From contig NC_087436.1 in the NCBI RefSeq assembly GCF_036321535.1, positions 95,730,001 to 95,794,000 of the forward strand: 64,000 bases of DNA. The letters are read 5' to 3'. The stretch comes from Camelus dromedarius (lineage: Eukaryota). The notes beneath the pieces were generated by a model. It searched no databases and was not told where the DNA came from. It saw nothing but the letters and a program-made list of their open reading frames with translations. Below are positions 1-12,148 of this stretch, piece after piece (the first letter of the stretch is position 1; the number at the start of each line of letters is the position of its first letter). Both the position numbers and the translations under genes were made by a program.

Positions 1-581
1 ACAGTCCCACAAGACTTGCCCACCTTTGGACGCCCCACTTCACACGCCAGTTGCAAATCCCTGTTGTCACCTGTGCATCTGACTGGCTATAAATTGGAGG
101 TTCCCCCAACCCCGTCTCTGGGTTCAATTAATTTGCTAGAGTGGCTCACATAACTGATGGAGATGCACAGAGCAAGTCAGGAAAGGGTTTGGAGCTTCCA
201 TGCCCTCTCTGAGCACCCCACTCTCCCTGAATCTCCATGTGTGCTCCAACCTGGGAGCTCTCAAAACCCCGTCCTTCTGGGGTTTTATGGAGGCTTCATC
301 ACATGGGCATGGTTGGTTAAATCATTGGCCATTGGTGATCGAGTCAACCTTCAGCTCCCCCGCTCCCCAGAAATCAGGAGATGGGGCTGAAAGTTCTAAC
401 CCTCTATTCTCAGTTGGCTCCCCTGACAACCAGCATCCCCCCTTTCAGTGCTTTCTAAAATTCACCTCACTAACATAACAAACGATACTTCTATCACTTT
501 TATCACAGAAAATCCCAGAGGTTTTAGGAGCTCTGCTGAAAGATCAGATATATATTTCTTATTATACATCACAATATCACA
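1..581 (-). mobile_element. MER21-like solo LTR, runs off the window edge
   Basis: Minus strand begins TGTGATATTGTGATGTATAATAAGAAATATATAT; internal aatttgctaga...ctcaca motifs resemble recalled MER21 consensus. Confidence 0.7.
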
Positions 582-1139
582 CGTACGGAGGGCTTCTCAG
601 CACATGTGACACATGCTAACACATTTTTAATCTCTATGGGGAAGCCAGATCCTGGAAATGCCAGGCCCCGTTGTGAGCTTCTTAGATGAACATTACCTTA
701 TGAGGAAAGAAATGAGGGATTGATCCATTTGCAACTGTGAAATGATCACCATTACTGGTTGGGTAGCAAGAGTTGAAGGGTGGGCTCGGTTCACTCCCGG
801 CTCATCACAGGGCCTTGCATGTGGTGGACTGCTAGGCATTGTTTTGTTCTGTTTTTAGCTATTGTTATATCACCGTACTCTACACTTAACATTTCTCACT
901 GTCTAACAGTCTCTAGAATTATTCAGATTTTCGACGAATAGATTATACCATGAATGTGGAACAAAGGGAGAGGCAAGTGGCATGCCCCATGAAGTATGGA
1001 AGGTCTTCACAGCAACGGGAAAGCGCGGATACAGTAGAACTGTGGACCAAGAATAAGGAGATTCTCTTCCCAGCCTGTGACGCTAACTCAGGTGTTTTCC
1101 ATTTTGTACTTGTCCAGCAGGACTTTTCCCCTCACGTAC

Positions 1140-1336
1140 AAGTGGTTCTTAAGCTTTGGCACGCTTTAAGATCCCCTGGAATCCCTCAGAGGGCTTGTTA
1201 AAAAAAGACTGCCAGCTCCACCTTGTAGAGTTTCTGAACTAGTAAGTTGGGGTAGAGCCAGAGAATTTGCACTTTTGACAAGTTTGCAGATGCTGCTGAT
1301 GCTGTTGCTCTGGGGGTTATGCTTTGAAACCACTGC
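1140..1336 (-). mobile_element. MER5A hAT-Charlie MITE
   Basis: Terminal inverted repeats agtggttct...aaccactg; cagcatcagcagcatc internal motif on minus strand. Confidence 0.75.
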
Positions 1337-1591
1337 CCTACGCATGAACCTAGAGCCTGGCATTTAAAAGTGCATTTTGCTCGAATCAGGTCACAGGTCC
1401 AGCCTGTCAACATCAACGTCTTCACCGCGTTTGCTCTGTAGCATCCTCACGTCTGAGAGGCAGGCCCCCTTCCACAGGGCCTTGTACAGGTCACGGATAC
1501 AATTGTGGACTCGGCTGGCCAAGGACAAAATCCAGGTCAGATAAATTAAATCCCTAACTTCTAGGCTCATCTCAATCCATTATAATTACAG

Positions 1592-1712
1592 CAGTAGTTC
1601 TCCATCCTGATTAACTTTAAAATCACAGGGGAGCTTAAAAGACAACAAAAAAACTTAAAAAAAAAAAAATCTCCAGGTGATTCTAATGTGCAACCAGGGC
1701 TGAGAACCACCA
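1592..1712. mobile_element. MER5B-like MITE, internally deleted and A-rich
   Basis: cagtagttctc...ccaggtgattctaatgtgcaaccagggctgagaaccac. Confidence 0.6.
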
Positions 1713-1759
1713 TCTAGAGGTCTTACTAGTTTAACCTGTTAAATTAACCCAAGTGAGTT

Positions 1760-2025
1760 CTCCCGCCCATGTAACTTTAACTTCCGTATGTTACTGTGAA
1801 AGATGTTACCAAAAGCTTTGCTGACATCAAGGTATGTTTTTCTACAGCTTGGTCATTGCACTTTTCAAATCATAAAATTATATTGGCCTAGCATGACATG
1901 CTTTTAAGAAAATGTAATCATTTTAGAGATCACCTTTCAAATATGTTTACAATCTGCTAAGGAATTTTGCCTGGGGTCGATTTTAAGCTCACAAAATTGG
2001 ATCCATTTAGTTTCTATAATTTCTG
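1760..2025 (-). mobile_element. CR1/L3 LINE fragment (reverse transcriptase region)
   Basis: Minus-strand translation gives VSLKSTPGKI (1992-1963) and YLDVSKAF (1834-1811), close to CR1 RT motifs VSLTSxPGKI and YLDFSKAF. Confidence 0.75.
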
Positions 2026-2029
2026 TCTA

Positions 2030-2200
2030 CTGATAGTTAACATGTACTGCTTGCTAGCTTTGTCTCAGCCACAGTGCTCAGTGCTCTTCATAAATATTCA
2101 AACAATCCTGTGAAACAGTTACTATTATTTCTACTTTATAGACGTGCTATTGGGGTTGGACTCTAGTTGACTTCAGGACCCGTGATTTTAACCACTAGTT
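2030..2200 (-). mobile_element. MIR SINE fragment
   Basis: aacaatcctgtga...actattatttctactttataga core and tttaaccact end. Confidence 0.5.
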
Positions 2201-2871
2201 GTTGCTTCTATTTATAATTGCCAAGTTCCATCTTGTTCTTCAAGTGTTTTAGGATAACTTAAAAGGACGTTAAAGATATGAGAAAGCATGAACTAACTGG
2301 AATAAAGACAGACCAGAGAGGGTCAAAATGAGTCATGGGTCAGAACAAAATGCTTCCACATTTGCTAACTGAAGGGTCACCAGTTTGGCTTTGAGTGTTT
2401 TGGAAATGTCTAGTCAAAATAGGATCACATGTTCAGCTGCACAGCTAACATTGGATTGAACACAAGCGTTGCTCAGGAGAAGAACCTGGGAAGCCCTGAG
2501 GCTTCTTAAAGACGACACTGAGGATTAAAGGAACTTCTGCAAGAACATTCTCACAATCCCCACAGACCAGACTGTCAACAGGGCTCAATAAGCCAGACGT
2601 TACAGCATCCACTTCTTCTCTTATTCAGTAAAGCTGCAAATTTCAGCTGGCTTTATAATTCTTCAAAGATTTCTGCATTCCCATTTCCAGTACCCCTTCC
2701 ACCACTGGCAACTCATTCTAAAAGAATATGAACAGCAACTGAGCAAGTCTTTGCCCATGTATTCTCAGAACCCCGGAATGGAATCTGAGCAGTCAGGATT
2801 TCCTTTTGGAGAGTTTCAAGTAATATTCCACTATATAGTTTCAAGTATATTCCACTATGGAATATTACTTG

Positions 2872-3390
2872 GTGGAATATTACTCAGCCATAAAAAAGAA
2901 TGAAATAATGCCATTTGCAGCAACACAGATGGACCCTAGAGATGACCATACTCAGTGAAGTAAGTCAGACAGAGAAAGACAAATATCGTATGATATCACT
3001 TATATGTAGAATATAAAAAAATGATACAAAGGAACTTATTTACAAAACAAATAGACTCACAGACACAGAAAACAAACTTATGGTTACTAAAGGGAAAAGC
3101 AGAGGTGGGGGAAGGGATAAATTAGGAGTTTGAAATTAACAGATACATACTATGGTATATAAAACAGAGAACCAAGGAGGACCTTGTATAGCACAGGGAA
3201 CTATATTCAATATCTTATAATAACCTATAATGGAAAAGAATCTAAAAAAGAAATATATATACACACACACACACACACACATACACACATACATATATAA
3301 TACATGTGTGTACAACTGAATCACTTTGCTGTACACCTGAAACTGACACTGTAAATCAACTATACTTCAAAAACAAAAACAAAACAAAAA
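2872..3390 (+). mobile_element. 5'-truncated L1 3' end with A-rich tail and internal (TA)(CA) microsatellite
   Basis: gtggaatattactcagccataaaaaagaatgaaataatgccatttgcagcaaca...gtaaatcaactatacttc then (A)nC tail; cetartiodactyl-type L1 3'UTR. Confidence 0.9.
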
Positions 3391-5529
3391 GACCCAAGAA
3401 AGTACAGGAAGAACAAAGGTGGGCAGAACTTTGACATCACTGAATAGAATGACACCCCACCTCCACCAGGTAAACTTGCCTCGACTTCTCTAAAGTGCTA
3501 CTTCCCCATCTGCACAGATTCCCCAAGATGGTACCTTGGGATGTCACCCTGCAGGGGGCCAAGACCCAAAGCCATGGTTTAACAGTAATCAGAGTCAGCT
3601 TTTCCTACAGTTGGAGGAAATGAGAAACACAGTTAGACGTTTGGAAAGAAGAGCTGCCTAGAAGAGCAGGAAGACACGCAAGACACAGATCCATATACAG
3701 AACAGGACAACAACAATGGCAGGAAGATGCAGCCAGAAAAGTGAGGAAAAGCAGACGAATCTAACCGGGAGAAGAAACGAGACAAGGAATGAGAACAGCT
3801 TCCTTCATCCCCGTCAGACTGTCCAGGCTGACTCCAGTGGTTCTGTGGGGTGGACACTGCGGTTAAGAAAGTGCAGTGATTCGCAGGTGCTATTTTTAAC
3901 ACCACACTGTTCAGCTCCTCTCTGCTCTGCTCAGTCCAGGGCTTTGCAGGAAAGAGGCTGGTGGAGAGACACTGTGTTCACAGCAGGCACACAGGCTGGG
4001 GAGCAGGCAGCCACATGATGAACTGAGACCCATGACTGAGAACACAGGGCTCCAGGCGGGGAGCCCAAAAGAGACTTCTTAGAACGTGCTATGGAAAGGG
4101 CTTTTCCAGAAAAGGGTGTTTGAAGTGCTGCTGTTGGTTGGGTCATCTCTTAGCCAGAAACCGTGTGAAGGTGTTACTCAATCTTGGAAATGCTTTTATA
4201 ATTTGTTCACAAAGCTTTCCAAAGAGCGGAAGAGGCAACCTCTAACACATGTTGATGAGTTTACGTTAGTCTGCCCTTAGAGAAGATGGAAATTTGCTAA
4301 CCATACCTCAACAAAAACCTTTGCACAATTGGTGAATGAAAGTGAATTAATAAGCATCATGACTTAATGCGACCAGCAGTGCCCTTTCTCTCTCGAGAGG
4401 TTGTAAGCCATCCTTTATTCAGCCACAACAGTGCATTCAAACCAACCATCAAACTAGGCTAAACTGGGAAACTGACATCTGAAGGACTGTATTGCAGTCT
4501 TAAAACAATATTTTAAATGAAGTGTTCATGGTTCTACTTAGAAACACTAGAAGTCATCTTTTTAATCATCAATATTTTTTAACTATTTTGTTTCACCTCA
4601 TTTAAGACTTTATTTTATAATAAAATTGAGTCATGTTTGAAATTTTTAAGTAAATATATACATGGGGTATAAATTCAAATGCTTTGCTAGTAAGGGCTTA
4701 CAACCAAGACAGTTGGCTGATTATTCACTTTAGAGATATGAAGGCAGTTATTGATGAATCCTAGATAAAAACATTCTTTTTCATCTTTGTTGTCAGTTTC
4801 AAATTCAGACCCCACTGCAGCAGCATTCCTCTGCCCAGCGTCCACATGCAGGGGGACTGGGGAGCTCCTCCTGGTTTTTACTTACGATGGATAAATTAAG
4901 GCCCCTGGGGGCCCCACGTCTCAGGAGGAACCTGAGTTGGTCTCCTGACTATACAGATCACCCTTCTGGAAAGTGAGGCAGAACTTTCCTTGCCTTGAAA
5001 CTTGATGCCATCAGAAACAGATTCCCAAAACCCACTGAAATTGAAGCTAAGCGGTGTTGACTGTGAGGCTGTCAGGAGACTGAGGATCTACCGATCCCGC
5101 AGCTGAGCCATTAGGGGGTTTTTGAACCTGTCTTCTTCTCTTCGGCTTTTTCCTCGATAAAATGAGGTGGAAGGTGGTTTTCTAGTATGAAGTAGAAATA
5201 GAAGGTTCCCTCTGGCTTTCCCAATCCAAGATTATTTTGAGCTATTCCAAACCCTTAAAGCAGTTTCAGTTTAAGACAATGTGGCTTGTACATTATTTTC
5301 CCACATAGGAAGCTTCCTGATCTTAATTTGTAGATTGTCTGGTAACACTTGACAGAAGGAAGCAGATGCAGGGAGGGGAGGTCCTGGACGCCAGTGTTGC
5401 ACCATCAGTGACAAAGTCCAGGTCAGTCTTCGAGTCCGAACTCTATGGATCACTAATCATACATACTTAGCTGGAGGGCCTCTGTAAAGTGACTCACTCA
5501 TGCATGCTTAGGCAGGTGCCAAAATTAAT

Positions 5530-6100
5530 TGTGGTGGCTGTTCTACGCCAGCTTGGGTAAACAAGGACTACCTTTCCCCAGGTCCCCTTCCTTGGTGGTC
5601 TTAAATTAGAATCGGCTCAAAGACATCCTTGTGCAATTTTTGGAAGGCAAAGTGAAGCAAGGGCCATCTTTCTCGGAAGGTCAGCAGTCAAATGTGGTGA
5701 CAGACAGACACGAGGCACCTGGCAGGTCCCAACTCATCCTCATTCTCCTCTGCTCCACCTCCAGCTCTTCTTCTCAAGTTCTGACCTTGACTGTTGACTT
5801 AGGGTGGCTCCGGCCCACCAGCAGACACCTGGCTGTAGACGCAGAGGTGGTCACCACAGAACACAGAGGCCCACGCGCCACCTGCCCAGGCCCACCTCAG
5901 CACCCGCGTGTGTCCTGCTTCTTGGAGGGACCGACGGGGGTTTCTCTTGACCCGCACACCTCCCCCTGCACCGTCCCCTGTCCTCTCCTCACACTGCAGT
6001 GCCTGCTCTCATCCCTGGAACAAACCCTGTACCCACAGCACTCAGAGAGACCCTTCTCCCTGGATTCACCCACCCACCAAACACAAACCCCCAACTGGAC
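5530..6100. mobile_element. LTR41-like ERVL solo LTR (degraded)
   Basis: tgtggtggctg...ggactacctttccccagg...ttggaaggcaaagtgaag resembles recalled LTR41 consensus; end approximate. Confidence 0.5.
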
Positions 6101-6705
6101 ACTGTTCTGTCTCCTTGCAGCTCCTCCGAGGACCCCACACTGAGTGCTCTGCACAGAAGGCGTTTTCATACGTGTTCTATGTTACAGTGAGCTTCCTGGG
6201 GGCTCACAGTGTCTTCAGTCCCAGAGGGCAGAAAGACAATCTTCAAGTGCACACGTGTGTAGAGTTGTGCGTCACAGGAAAACATAACACAAAACCTTCT
6301 TGGTTTAAAATTTTGCCTCTGTGAATTCTCACACAGTGAGGAGAACTATGAATTTATCTGTCCCCAACTAAGTCACAGGCTGACTGTCCAACCTGTCATC
6401 ACAGGCCTGAGTCAACCATCCTCTCCACCCCCGTGCGATCTCATGACAGCACTCGCTGGCACGTGACACATGCAGCTGGTCTCATCAGCCCTACTACGCA
6501 CACCGCGCAGAGAGGTGGCAACGTCACAAGCACGTGGGTAGCAATACTAGAAACACGAGACGCCGGTCCCTCAGAGGCCTTGCCGCCAGCTAGTCAGTCA
6601 CACACACTGATCCACAGGTGATCGGGGGGCAGTCCTTCGCTCCTGGGCTAAAAATCAAAAACCCAAAGTTAAAGAAACACCAAACACTGTAAAGTGTGGA
6701 CATGA

Positions 6706-6711
6706 TTTATT
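6706..6711 (-). terminator. Distal polyadenylation signal AATAAA with downstream GU/U-rich element
   Basis: Minus strand reads AATAAA tcatgtccacactttaca gtgtttggtgtttctttaactttgggtttttgatttt. Confidence 0.8.
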
Positions 6712-8007
6712 GCTTCCTTGTTTCTAATTTAATGCAGAGTCGATGTTTTTGAGTAATGGTAACAAGATGTCCAAAATTCAACATTTTTAAACATTCAAAC
6801 AGTAAAATACGTGGAAGGAAGCCCTCAAATGTGAGCTCCTCTAAGTTACAGCTGGTGGAACAACTCAGGGCAAAGGTTACTGGCTGTCACCTAGTTCACA
6901 AAAGGAACTGCTCTCCTCTGGTTCGGGGAACAGGCAAGGGTCCCCAGTGTGAACCAACTGCGCAGGCACCAGGGGCAGCACGTTGGCCTCCCTTGGAAAT
7001 GTCTGGGGAGTCTTTCTAAAAAGTCCAAGTGTGAAAATGCTTCCATTCACCTCAGGCTTCAAAGAGATGCCCTCCGCTGAGAGTCAAGAGGCCTCTCATG
7101 GAGGAGACGTGGCTGCGATGATGCGGTGACGACCAGAAGTGGTTCTGCTGTCAGTGAAGTGAACCTGCCCACACAGCTCCCCTCACGCCACCGCCTGTTC
7201 AAGGAGCACAGGGACGAGCCTTGCACAGCGACCAGATGACACCAGGGCCACCGTGAGAGGCCTTTTGCCAGCTGAAGGCACAGGGTCCTCGTCATCCTGA
7301 GGGAAGGGGTCGTAGGGGTGTGAGTTACATTCAAAATGCACATCCTACCTCGAAAAACTGCTTTCAGCTGCCGTACATTTGACTGCAATTTCAGGCTGAA
7401 AGTCTGAAGACTTTGAAATGCCCTGATGTGCTCGGCAACTTCACCAGGAAATCAGAGTCCCAAGGGGTGCAGACACAGGGGGACACAGGGCTGCACTACA
7501 TCCTACAGCAGCAGAACACATGACTCTGCAAGGTGGGCGTCAGACACCACAGAGACTGCAGCTGCGGGTGGCATGCTCAGCCTCCCCTGGCAGGGTCTGA
7601 AAACAGATGATTTCCCCTGAAACATTTATCTACAATGACTTTCATCAGTACTTGCAGGCCAAGGAAAAAAATGTATCAAAACTATTCTTCTTAAAAGACA
7701 AACTTCATTAAGTACCAAGCACAGTGATCAAATTTCAGATGCCAAATTCAAATAAGACGTCAAATTCGATTTTTCCTAACGGTCATCTGAGGCTTCCACA
7801 AGAATGGTCAAGGGCCAACTGTGCTCCCACCAGTGATGCTGAAGGTGTAGGTCACACAAACCCCCTTTGGAAGAACGATGGACCCACATCTTTGCGGGAG
7901 GAATCATCTCCAGCCTCTCTGGCTTTTGAAATTCCACCGTATTATGAATGCTCTTTATAAACACAGTGATCCCGAGAAAGGAAACAACAAAGGAACATAA
8001 AGGTGCA

Positions 8008-8013
8008 TTTATT
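8008..8013 (-). terminator. Proximal candidate polyadenylation signal AATAAA with GU/U-rich downstream element
   Basis: Minus strand reads AATAAA tgcacctttatgttcctttgttgtttcctttctc. Confidence 0.6.
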
Positions 8014-8289
8014 GGTGTCCACGCCATCTAAATCTACCGAGTACAGAAATCAGGACTGGAGAAGGGACGAATCAGAACCTAAACAACAACAAGAACACCG
8101 GGGCATTTGCCCAGGTGCCGCAAGTCTCAGCCCAGAAGACTCTGGATGCCGGCAAGCCAGCGTCCTCCCTGAGAAGCACGCGCCACGCTCCGCTCTCTCC
8201 CTCCAGCGTCTTCCGTCCGTCTCTCTCAGTTAAGGCCTGGACAGTGTTCGGGTGGCGGCCACGTCTCCCACGGAGCTGGGCGATGACGG

Positions 8290-8490
8290 TCAGTCGCCCA
8301 CGGGCTCGGGCGGTGCGTGCTCAGGCTCCGGGCCGCTCAGCTCCGCCATCTGCCCCTGGAGCTGCGCCACCGTCTGCAGCAGGGCCGACCGCTCCAGCTC
8401 TAAGGCCAGGGTGGCCTGCTTCAGCTTGCTCTCACTGGTCAGGAGCCTCTCAATGGTGGCTTCGAGGCTTTGGATCCTCCCATTCGCCAC
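8290..8490 (-). CDS. TBC1D1: TBC1D1 terminal coding exon: VANGRIQSLEATIE...PPEPVGD*
   Basis: ttctccag acceptor, TGA stop at 8292-8290; C-terminus resembles recalled human ...PEPTGD*. Confidence 0.96.
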   Translation of the reverse strand: MANGRIQSLEATIERLLTSESKLKQATLALELERSALLQTVAQLQGQMAELSGPEPEHAPPEPVGD

Positions 8491-9305
8491 CTGGAGAAGA
8501 ACAGAAGAAATGAGAATGTTAACTGCCCAGGGAGACACAGCAGAGCTGGACCCCGCACGCTGTGCCGTCCAGCCCGGGGGCTGGAGCCATATTTCAGCAG
8601 CCGCATCTCTCTGAGTTCACCATCACTTCGGCCCCAGGGGAAGACTGCCTCTCCCAGGTCCCCTCTGGGGGAGGCTGGGCTACCCTGAGACCTTCCAGCA
8701 GTGGCTGCTGTGGAGGCTGCATGTGGAGACAGCGGCTTCACAAAGCAGAGGGAGCCCAACCCCTAAGTCACCCACCATGGTGGGGACAGCTCTGATATGG
8801 CCAAATAATGCCCCGTGGAGAAGAGGTGGCGCTGTGGGGACAAAAAGACTTCTGTGGTGGGAAGCCACTGAGATGCAGAGTCATTTATCACTGCAGCACG
8901 GTCTGGCCCATTCTGACAAATACTTTACATGTACAAACTGACATCAAAATGGTTTCTACGTGAAGGCCCAAGTAGTAACAGCTCTCTAGTCTTTACCTGC
9001 CCTGCAGTGACAAGACATCACCCGTCAAGGACACAGGCATTTCCCCCAGGACGTGTGTGTGGAGCGCTCAGCTGGCCTGGCTCTGCTGAGAAGTCCCTGC
9101 TCACAGCCTCACCGACCAGACACGAGCAGTGTCCTTGCGCCCACCCATCTGCGTCCTAAGCACACAATCAGGGTGAGGCAGAACCTCCAGGTGCTTCTCC
9201 CTAGTAACCGACTCTCCTTTCTCTAATCCCCTGGGGCCGGCTCCCCAGGCACAAGCGGGCTGGCTCTGGCGACGCAGACAACCACCAGCCCTGGCCTCCA
9301 TGGGC

Positions 9306-9394
9306 TGCTGTCCCCGCGTTGCTGTCCCCGGGCCCCCCCGCCTGTCCCGGCCTCCGCGCACTGCTGTCCCCGGGCCCCCTGGCCTGTCCCGGCT
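9306..9394. repeat. GC-rich tandem repeat, 42-bp period, ~2 copies plus a partial
   Basis: tgctgtccccgggcccccc(c/t)gcctgtcccggc-like unit at 9320 and 9362; partial tgctgtccccg at 9306. Confidence 0.8.
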
Positions 9395-11929
9395 CATAGC
9401 CGTGTTCCCGGGCGCGCAGGTCATGGGGTCAGTGAGGCACCGCGTGGCGCCTTCAACCCTCCAGCCCTACACGTCCCTGTTGATTTCAGGTGGGAAAATG
9501 GTACGTATTTTGTCTCGTTTTCAAAACAAGGGAAACAGTTTTTTGAACAAGGTAACGCTTGTGCCAGACAGACAATTCATGACTCAAAGCGTAGCTCTGG
9601 CTGTGACACAAACACTCAAAATAGAAAGAAAAAGGGGCTGAGAGCCTAAGTCGCAATCCTGCCCGCGAGCGGGTCCCGCCTCACCCCCTCGAAGGGCTGC
9701 CCCGCTGAAGTCCAAAGCACTCCCCGCAGTACCTCCTGGCTTAGCAGTGAGCTCATGTGCACGGTCGTTTACTGTTCTGCCTCAACGCCAGGTCTCTCCT
9801 CACGAGAATGCAGCTCTCACGGGAGCAAGCACGCCTCAACGTGCATGGGGGTCTGGCCTCCCCCAGCACCTCGCTCGTGCACTCAATGCCTGGTAGCTGC
9901 CTGCCATGGAAAACGCATATCCCTTACCATCCAGCACCGCTAGGCATGTCTATGCAATCGTCTCATGCATGCTGCTGGACAAAGGAGGCTGGACAGTGTG
10001 TCTCCAGCTGCCAGACACCATCCTTAGGTGTTTAACAAGAAAATAAATGGGACTTTGGTAGGTCTAACAACTATATGAATGGAACAAAGCCAGGAAACTG
10101 GTCCATTTTGATGCTCTGGGGAAAAAACCAAAGATTTAGGTTTGAAAATTAAACACTGCACTGAACACCTATCCCGGGACTCTGAAAACTGTTTTAAAAA
10201 AAAAAAAGTGAAAAGAGGTGTGAGTCTGACAGAACTTATGCAGTCTGGCTGAAAGACAGTAAGTCCACATGACTCTAAGAGTAATGGGAAAACTACATTC
10301 AGGCACCCACAAACTGACACACCCCAAGAGCCCTTGGTCAGCACTCCAAGGAGAACATCTGTTATCGCCACGGACAGCCTGACGCCTGCCTTGAGGGCTG
10401 CAGATATCTGAGCAGCTTTTCACAACTCCCTGTCTTCACAAAAGGGGTGCAGTATCACAAAAGCAGCACGAAATTCCTTCCCTTCCTCATCACAAGAAAA
10501 CCCACACGGGTATTAGCCCAATAAAACAAATCTTTTATTTGAGTGCTATCTTAATGAGACAAATGCTTCCAGTGCAGATCTGAGCTTTGCCAGGAATGTT
10601 TCCAGCATGCTACAGTTCAGGGGCCAACTGTCTGGAAGGCATTTTAAATGACCACCTGTACTGCAGACCCTTACAGGCAGACCAGCTCTTCATCCCCCGG
10701 CCTCCCTTTCAGGTTACAGCCATTCCATCCTGGAGAGACTGCATCCAGGCAGCCACAAAGACATATTCTCAGCTAGGACATCTCAGTCTGAGAGGGGAAA
10801 GCAACTAACTTTCAGAACGTGACTGGTAGTCAGGACCGAGTAGGGAAAGCCTTTCCTTTGTTCCTCTACGGTAAATGTTGACTAGGTTCCACTCGGGTAA
10901 ACCCCTATCGGGAGGAGTACATTTTAAACAAGGGCTGATTTAAACTCCCAAATGATGGCCTCTCTCCCATCACTGCCAAGCCTGTGTCTGCAAAGCAGCA
11001 ACTTTCCACGGAGAAAAGTAAAGAGGCTTAGACCAGGATGGAAAGCTTATTCTAAAGACAGTCCAGGAACACCACAGAATACATATTTTGGGGGAAAAAA
11101 ACAAATTTTTCTCTGCAGCAGCTCAAATATAATTTTTAACACCCCACCAGAAATAATTCCTCACCAGTAACAGCATTACCACCCATTTATGACATTTAAA
11201 AAGTAGACTGTGTGCTTACTTTACTCCATCTGACAGGTAAAGGAGCTGTGCTGAGCAGTTAGGTATCTCTCTGTCCTTGTCTCACACTCGAGGGACAGAA
11301 CAGAGCAGGTCAGCAGTCTGCCCGGGGGGCGGCATGGGGAACACGCACCCGGCAGCATCCAGGTCTCCACCTTGCCCTTCTGCCTGCGCGGTCTGGGTCT
11401 GCCTTTCTACTGGATGTCCTCACCCACGTTGATCCATGTTAAAACGGAAGCTGCTAGAGGGGGGGACTGTGTCCTTCATTAACCAAATCTTTGTATTTGC
11501 ACCAGGGACTCTGGTTTATTTTATTAGGTAGATTCTGTGGCACTTTCCTCACTTGGCATCACTCTGTGGATCTAGCCGGTTTCGCTCATGAAAGCTCATG
11601 CTTCTGATTCTCTCGTCACCACTCAAAGCACGGCTGCTGGCGTTCGGCTAACAGCACTGCTGCACCCAGTTCACCTCTGGGTCTGTCTCCTGAAGGGCTG
11701 AGTGCAGAAACGGCTACTCAGGAAGTGCCAGGAGCGTCTGACCTCAGCAAAGGATAATCTGTCTGCTTCCTAATAAAAAGGAACAATTCTCCTAGGCTAC
11801 CTTTGATCCCCACTGCAAACAAGCCAGGAGAGAACGGTCATGGGAAAACCTGGCCCGCGGGGCCTCTGGTGAGTTAATGAACCACCACACACTCTCGGGT
11901 CAGGAGGTGGCCTCGCAAACACGCTCTAC

Positions 11930-12103
11930 CTGCAGTTGTTCCAGGAGGTCAAGGTTCTGTTTGCGTAAGCTGCTGTTGGTTTTCTCTAATTTGTCCATTC
12001 TTTGGTTGTCACTGAGAGGAGAGGAATCGATAAGTTCTTCTTGAAGCACATGGTACTCAACTTCGTAAGCTTGTAGCTGTTTTGAGATGTCCATCTCAAA
12101 CAC
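11930..12103 (-). CDS. TBC1D1: TBC1D1 penultimate coding exon (174 bp, phase 0-0): [23 protein letters not shown]...LLEQLQ
   Basis: ataacag acceptor, GTAGAG donor; coiled-coil-like sequence. Confidence 0.97.
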
Positions 12104-12148
12104 CTGTTATGTACAGAAAAGTCATCAGGCACTGAGGATGAGAAAAAT

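Larger units (their letters stand above)
6690..8289 (-). other. TBC1D1: TBC1D1 3'UTR (long form, ~1.6 kb; 3' end approximate)
   Basis: Lies between the stop codon and the distal AATAAA; cleavage site inferred. Confidence 0.75.

Noticed and set aside
3136..3336. 66-aa ORF with VCVCV run
   Set aside because: Antisense L1 3'UTR plus microsatellite
4490..4720. Possible hAT-Charlie relic in an AT-rich block
   Set aside because: Too degraded to assign by eye
5631..6324. Overlapping 170-aa and 138-aa ORFs
   Set aside because: Lie mostly within an LTR41-like relic; low-complexity translation
8115..8614. Antisense ORFs over the last exon (also 25312-25617, 44360-44707, 46799-47050)
   Set aside because: Shadow frames of real coding exons
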